DNA of 41,634 nucleotides from Bdellovibrionota bacterium (GTDB lineage: Bacteria; Bdellovibrionota; UBA1018; UBA923): contig JBFMCE010000026.1 of assembly GCA_040754655.1 (NCBI GenBank), positions 1-41,634 of the forward strand, given 5' to 3'. A model generated the notes under the pieces. The model did not search any database, was not told where the DNA came from, and saw nothing but the letters and a program-made list of their open reading frames with translations. The position numbers and the translations under genes are program-made. The stretch's first letter is position 1; the number at the start of each line of letters is the position of its first letter. Shown piece after piece: positions 36,676 to 41,634 of the stretch.

Positions 36676-37743
36676 TTACTCGCGGATCAATATTTTTTCT
36701 AAAATTAAAAACTGGCTTTCAGTCAGCTTGATCACTTGTTTAAACAGGCCGTCTTCTTGCTCCCTTAGAGTGGGAAGTGCGCGAAAACCTGGTTCAAGTT
36801 CTTTGACCTTTGCCTGAATCCTAACACCTATTTCCGCGTCGGATCCCGCAGATGCAGTCTTCGCAACCACCCGAAGATCATCAAGCTCTTCGAGGCCGCC
36901 AAGAACAGAATCAATCACCTGATAGGTTTCTTGTAGTTTTTCCCAAGGAGCGCCCGGATCTTCTACCGGCGTGCCGGCTTCCTTCGCAGCGGCAGGATTC
37001 AATGCTCGAATCTCATCCGCATACTCCACGAGCTGTTTTCTCAGCTCTGGACTGCTCTTGGCCAGCGCTGTTCCGATCAGCTCAAGGGTTTTGATCGCAA
37101 TGGGGTGGGCTACACTCAAAGCACCGCTTTCAGTCTCGGGCAAAAGTTCGACTTTTCCTTCATCTACCAATTTTACAACTCTTGGCGGCAATCCTTCTTC
37201 TCCATCAAGGGCCGCCCGTTTGCGCTGGTCAAAAACCCGGCCCTGCAAAACAAGAGACTTAAAGTCTTGCAAGTTCTTGTCTAACCCAAGATCAATGGGC
37301 TGATTGGTTTTCTTCAAGGCTTGAATCGCGGAATAAGCGGGAAGAACCGCTGTCACGGCGTAAGCGCGTTTGATCAACTTGAAGTGTTCATCCCGAACGG
37401 GAACGAGATCCGCGAAGTTCTCACGATACTGCGAGAGTTTTTCGCGAACATGCTCCTTCAGGACCTCATTTAAAGTCTGTTCCTGGGCCAACTCGGCAAA
37501 TAAGATTTTCAAACTATAGAGATCACTATCTTTCGCGACGTTCGAACCGCCATAAAAACGAAACGGACCTAGGTTTAAAAGATCAGCTTTCAGCTGAGTA
37601 ACCCATTTTTCTTCTGTGGATTTAGAGGATTTCGGCGGTGTGTTCTTTTTAGGTTCAGAACCACCCACACAACTGCTTCCTGAAGAGAAAACTGCCAGCA
37701 CAATCAAACAAATCAGAGCGCTAACCGGGCGTAATGCTTTCAT
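36676..37743 (-). CDS. Hypothetical exported, possibly lipo-, protein
   Basis: 355 aa with a hydrophobic N-terminus ending GSSC; helical-looking sequence. First gene of a tight three-gene run. Confidence 0.7.
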   Translation of the reverse strand: MKALRPVSALICLIVLAVFSSGSSCVGGSEPKKNTPPKSSKSTEEKWVTQLKADLLNLGPFRFYGGSNVAKDSDLYSLKILFAELAQEQTLNEVLKEHVREKLSQYRENFADLVPVRDEHFKLIKRAYAVTAVLPAYSAIQALKKTNQPIDLGLDKNLQDFKSLVLQGRVFDQRKRAALDGEEGLPPRVVKLVDEGKVELLPETESGALSVAHPIAIKTLELIGTALAKSSPELRKQLVEYADEIRALNPAAAKEAGTPVEDPGAPWEKLQETYQVIDSVLGGLEELDDLRVVAKTASAGSDAEIGVRIQAKVKELEPGFRALPTLREQEDGLFKQVIKLTESQFLILEKILIRE

Positions 37744-37827
37744 AACTACTTGATCCCCAAAGATATATGCCGGTGGGATATAACAGAAGGAATTGCCGTG
37801 CGCTAGCGAATTGCGGCTATAGATTCT

Positions 37828-37872
37828 AAAAAACTAAAGAGGGAGGCCAGACTTAACGTCCAACCCCCCTCT
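37828..37872 (-). terminator. Intrinsic terminator of the small lysine-rich gene
   Basis: 15-bp stem agaggggggttggac-gttaa-gtctggcctccctct with four G-U pairs, so it pairs fully only on the minus strand. It is followed by ttagtttttt. Confidence 0.8.
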
Positions 37873-37915
37873 CTAAATGAATGCTTAAAACTTTACTACT
37901 TGTCCCCAGAAGACC

Positions 37916-37963
37916 TTACTTCTTCTTAGCCTTCTTCTTAGTCGTCTTTTTCTTCTTAGCCAT
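37916..37963 (-). CDS. Unannotated 15-aa lysine-rich peptide MAKKKKTTKKKAKKK
   Basis: TAAGGAGG RBS 5 nt before ATG, TAA stop and a downstream terminator. It is below the ORF-track length cutoff. Confidence 0.75.
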   Translation of the reverse strand: MAKKKKTTKKKAKKK

Positions 37964-38094
37964 TGAGGCCTCCTTATTTGACAAACCTAACTTCAATGGT
38001 ACGCGATGTTTTCAAAAATCCAAAAAAAATTTTCAATTTTCTTCATTTTGAGTGTTACTGGGTTTTGAAGAGGCTTCAAACCAGAGAAAAGCTT

Positions 38095-38841
38095 ATGAAG
38101 AAAAATCTTAGATCCACGCAGTTCGCTCTAGTTGCGATCTTGTTTCTAGTGACAGTTTCGACTGATGGTTCGCAAGCCCGAACGAACACGCAACAACCTA
38201 GCTCTAAATCAGAAACCGAAAAACATGCCCAAGCGCGAAAAAACGAAACTCGATCTGCACCGATAAAAACAAACGGAAAAGACGCGCTAAAGAAAATGTA
38301 CGCGAAGTACAAAACGGCGAAAACCCTCACCGCTGAATTTCATCAAGTGCAACGAAACCTCGCTCTAGGAACTGAAAAGAAGTCTTCTGGCAGGCTTTTC
38401 ATCAAAAGCCCGGACATGTTTCGCTGGCAAACCGTGGATCCTGAACCCTCGATACTCGTCAGCAACGGAAAGAAAGTTTGGTATTACACCCCCCCATTCC
38501 GCAAAGAAGAGAAAGGACAGGTTTTGGTGCGACGGACAGCCGAAACCCAGTCGAAACTCGCCATAGACGTTCTCTCGGGACAATCAAAACTGGAAAAAAA
38601 CTTCAATATCGAGAGTTTGGAACCTCGCAAATACCGTTTGGTGCCTTTAAAGCCCACCGCAGACATCGAACACATTGAACTGCACCTTGAAAGTCCGACC
38701 GATTTAGTTTATAAGTTGATCCTTTTTACAAAGACAGGAAACCAGACGGAGCTGACATTGAAGGGAACAACTCTAGGGCCACGACTGCCGGACACGATGT
38801 TCAATTTCACTCCGCCTCCGAATACCGAGGAAGTCCAATAA
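38095..38841 (+). CDS. lolA: Outer-membrane lipoprotein carrier protein LolA
   Basis: Signal peptide from ATG 38095; TLTAEFHQ, SSGRLFIKSPDMFRWQ..P, LVSNGKKVWYY and F.FTPP. Confidence 0.88.
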   Translation: MKKNLRSTQFALVAILFLVTVSTDGSQARTNTQQPSSKSETEKHAQARKNETRSAPIKTNGKDALKKMYAKYKTAKTLTAEFHQVQRNLALGTEKKSSGRLFIKSPDMFRWQTVDPEPSILVSNGKKVWYYTPPFRKEEKGQVLVRRTAETQSKLAIDVLSGQSKLEKNFNIESLEPRKYRLVPLKPTADIEHIELHLESPTDLVYKLILFTKTGNQTELTLKGTTLGPRLPDTMFNFTPPPNTEEVQ

Positions 38842-38842
38842 G

Positions 38843-39331
38843 ATGGCATCTTTTGACATCGTTTCGAAACTAGACCTCCAAGAGGTCGATAACGCGGTAA
38901 ATATAGCGAAAAAAGAGCTCTTAAATCGTTTTGATTTCAAGGGAAGCAAATCGTCGATCGAGCTTTCGGCCGAGGAAATCACATTGGTCGCTGATGAAGA
39001 ATTTAAACTCAAGCAACTCAAAGAGATTCTTGAAACGAAACTCTTGAAACGTGGAGTGTCTCTTCTGTCCCTCGACTATCAAAAACTTGAAGACGCGACT
39101 CTCGGATGCGTCAGGCAAAAGATAAAACTCAAACAGGGTGTCAACAAAGAAGACGGCAAGAAGATCATTCAGTTGATCAAAGACTCGAAACTCAAGGTAC
39201 AAGCGCAAATGATGGATGATCAAGTGCGAGTGACCGGAAAGAAGATCGATGACTTGCAGGCCGTTATCAGCGCGCTTAGAAGCCAAACGGAGCTTCCGCT
39301 GCCCCTGCAATTCGTGAACATGAGGTCGTGA
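38843..39331 (+). CDS. yajQ: YajQ family nucleotide/c-di-GMP-binding protein
   Basis: MASFDIVS, EVDNAV, RFDFKGS and VRVTGKKIDDLQ...LQFVNMR. Confidence 0.96.
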   Translation: MASFDIVSKLDLQEVDNAVNIAKKELLNRFDFKGSKSSIELSAEEITLVADEEFKLKQLKEILETKLLKRGVSLLSLDYQKLEDATLGCVRQKIKLKQGVNKEDGKKIIQLIKDSKLKVQAQMMDDQVRVTGKKIDDLQAVISALRSQTELPLPLQFVNMRS

Positions 39332-39335
39332 CGAA

Positions 39336-40727
39336 ATGGCGTTAGATTATATCCCAGGACGACAAATCGCTCCCGGGGCGGAATTGAAAGAGCGAAACGT
39401 GCATTTCGTAAGTTTAGGATGCCCTAAGAACCTTGTGGATTCGCAGGTCATGCTTGGGCTCCTCAAATCAGACCGTTATGGCGTCGTGCAAGAACCTCAA
39501 AAAGCGGATGTCATCGTCGTCAACACCTGCAGCTTCATTGAATCGGCGAGGGTCGAGAGCATCGATACGATCTTGGAAATGGCTTCCCACAAAGATGACG
39601 GACGCTGCCAGGCGCTTGTCGTCGCAGGCTGCCTTCCTCAACGTTATAAAGATGAGCTTCAAAAGGAAATGCCCGAGGTTGATCTCTTCATCGGCACCGG
39701 CGAGTACCATCGCATCGCTGAACTCGTAGACTGGGCAACAAAAAAAGAACTTCCTCAAAGAGCTTACGTCAATAAACCGGCGTTCATCCACACGGAAGCG
39801 CACCCCCGCCTTCAAACGGGAGAGTTCTTCTCGGCTTATCTAAAAATCTCGGAAGGCTGCAACAGACGTTGCAGCTTTTGCATCATTCCCAGCCTGCGCG
39901 GCAATACCAGAAGCCGCACGGTGGAGTCTTTGGTTTCTGAAGCCCAGTCTTTGGCGAAACAAGGCGTGAAAGAGCTCAATCTTGTCGCTCAGGACCTGAC
40001 CGAATACGGCATGGAGTTTCGTTATCAACGCATGACGCTTGAAAAACTCCTGCCCGCCCTTTGCAAGATCGAGGGCATTCGCTGGATTCGGCTTTTTTAC
40101 GCTTATCCAGATCAATTTTCAGACGAGCTGATCAAGATCATGGCGAACGAAGAAAAGGTCGTGAAGTATCTCGACATGCCGATACAGCATACTCAAGATC
40201 GAATCTTGAAAGCGATGAACCGCAAGTTCACGCGCTCTGAAATTTTCGACTTTGTCGGAAAGTTGAGGCAAGAAATGCCGGGAATCGCCCTTCGAAGCTC
40301 GACCATCGCGGGATTTCCGTCGGAAACGGAAGAAGAGTTTGAATCCTTTCTCGCTGACTTGAAAGAACTTCAATTCGACCACCTTGGCGCGTTCGCTTAT
40401 TCGCGAGAAGACGGCACCAAAGCGGCCTCGCTTGAGGGACAACTCCCGATGCGAACTCGAGTCCGCAGACAACGTTTGATTCGCGAATTGCATCAAAACA
40501 TTGCAACTCAAAAAAACGCGAGAAACCTGGGCAAGGAACTGGAAGTCCTTGTTGAGGGAATGTCTGACGAAACAGACTTGTTGCTCAAAGGCAGGCATAC
40601 AGGTCAGGCTCCGGAGATCGATGGCCAAGTGCTGATCAACGATGGCACTGCGCGCCCCGGGGACCTTGTCCGCGTCAAAATCACTGAAACCCTGCCTTAC
40701 GACCTGGTAGGCGAGATCATTTCTTGA
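39336..40727 (+). CDS. rimO: Ribosomal protein S12 methylthiotransferase
   Basis: SLGCPKNLVDS, VNTCSFI, AYLKISEGCNRRCSFCIIP and the TRAM-domain APEIDG. Confidence 0.97.
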   Translation: MALDYIPGRQIAPGAELKERNVHFVSLGCPKNLVDSQVMLGLLKSDRYGVVQEPQKADVIVVNTCSFIESARVESIDTILEMASHKDDGRCQALVVAGCLPQRYKDELQKEMPEVDLFIGTGEYHRIAELVDWATKKELPQRAYVNKPAFIHTEAHPRLQTGEFFSAYLKISEGCNRRCSFCIIPSLRGNTRSRTVESLVSEAQSLAKQGVKELNLVAQDLTEYGMEFRYQRMTLEKLLPALCKIEGIRWIRLFYAYPDQFSDELIKIMANEEKVVKYLDMPIQHTQDRILKAMNRKFTRSEIFDFVGKLRQEMPGIALRSSTIAGFPSETEEEFESFLADLKELQFDHLGAFAYSREDGTKAASLEGQLPMRTRVRRQRLIRELHQNIATQKNARNLGKELEVLVEGMSDETDLLLKGRHTGQAPEIDGQVLINDGTARPGDLVRVKITETLPYDLVGEIIS

Positions 40728-40759
40728 TTTGCATGGATTCCGTGCCATTAATCTAGGCC

Positions 40760-41614
40760 ATGGTGTTCCGGTCGTTGGTCATGAGCATTGCAGCAGCTGC
40801 GGTTTTATTCTCGGCTTGCGCGAAACAAAGTTCGCTTTCTTCCTCAACGGCTGCCTCAACTTCCCTGGAATCAAACGTTGCAGTCGCCACCGAGTCGCTA
40901 CTTTCTTTGATCGCAAACGAGCTCGGACCGCCAGCGGGACCACCAACCCCAGGAGCGCTTGCCCTACAGAGCTGCGTAAAACTCAGCTGCCAAGCGACTC
41001 GAGGGTCTGCGACTATTTCTAAGCGTTTGCCCGGATGTACGACGGCGTATGGTTCTCTGGATGGCAATACGACCGCCACGTTTTCTGGCATGCCCGAGCT
41101 CAATGGATGCTCTACGACTTCGGGGCCCGCTGCACTTCAAACGTGGCCTATAAGCCGCGGGACGCATCAATTAGAGATGCACTATACGCGCACCGAGAGC
41201 AGAAGGTTTCATTCGACCCACTCGGGAACGGTCACTGCGTATTTCAATGGCACCAATGTCTTGAGTCTTGAAGTTGATCATCGAGTGGCAACAGAGACCA
41301 AGCGATATCAGTTCTCAAGCGCCAACACCCTGCGACTGACGCTAGAAGGTCTGGCTGAAAACCATCCGCGGATCTTTGAAGGAACGCTTGATCTCGTCGA
41401 AGCGACAGCAGGATCCCTTCGAAAGTACAATCTGACTTTTAACGGTGTGACGATTCAAAAAAACTCGTGCTGTCATCCCAGATCAGGCAGCCTCACAGTA
41501 CAATCCATCAGCGAAGACGAGTTTTTTACGGTTCATTTCGCCGAACCTTGCGGAACAGCTACGCTTAGCGGGTACTTGGGCCAGTCGATGCAGGTTGCAT
41601 TGCCGGAGTGCTAG
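40760..41614 (+). CDS. Hypothetical Cys-containing beta-rich lipoprotein
   Basis: Lipobox-like LFSAC, a Ser/Thr linker and several Cys (CCHPRSG, EPCG, terminal PEC). Confidence 0.7.
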   Translation: MVFRSLVMSIAAAAVLFSACAKQSSLSSSTAASTSLESNVAVATESLLSLIANELGPPAGPPTPGALALQSCVKLSCQATRGSATISKRLPGCTTAYGSLDGNTTATFSGMPELNGCSTTSGPAALQTWPISRGTHQLEMHYTRTESRRFHSTHSGTVTAYFNGTNVLSLEVDHRVATETKRYQFSSANTLRLTLEGLAENHPRIFEGTLDLVEATAGSLRKYNLTFNGVTIQKNSCCHPRSGSLTVQSISEDEFFTVHFAEPCGTATLSGYLGQSMQVALPEC

Positions 41615-41634
41615 AACCATTTGTGTTCTTGAGA

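Noticed and set aside
37963..38094. N-terminal extension of lolA from TTG 37963
   Set aside because: It overlaps the RBS and promoter region of the opposite-strand small gene. ATG 38095 gives a normal signal peptide.

Overview
A gene-dense 41.6-kb bacterial chromosomal segment. Gene content and motifs point to Bdellovibrionota/Oligoflexia (inference from Agl/Glt-type genes, many orphan exported proteins and FliA-like promoters). Housekeeping genes are ppdK, bcp, glyQS, msbA, galE, gmhB, recO, trxC, an Hsp20, nadA, lolA, yajQ and rimO. The accessory features most worth following up are: (1) an AT-rich cassette at about 4.95-5.79 kb with two head-to-head four-helix-bundle (IVP/bAvd-like) paralogues, a perfect 28-bp inverted repeat carrying both RBSs, flanking 36-bp direct repeats and hexamer-periodic tracts; (2) an apparently exported RelA/SpoT-type synthetase that shares a post-signal 'RCExLL' motif with an unrelated exported protein; (3) an exported, charge-free, prion-like protein behind a sigma54-like promoter; (4) a divergent Agl/Glt-like proton-motor cluster (giant TPR, GYF-PilZ, five-repeat Ig-like protein, CglF/GltF-like, FHA-TonB GltG-like, MotA/TolQ, two ExbD) with back-to-back sigma28-like promoters and recurrent R(A/S)PAS motifs; (5) an unannotated 15-aa lysine-rich gene with its own RBS and terminator. 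No rRNA, tRNA, CRISPR array or transposase was recognised. All family calls come from reading motifs by eye, not from database searches.
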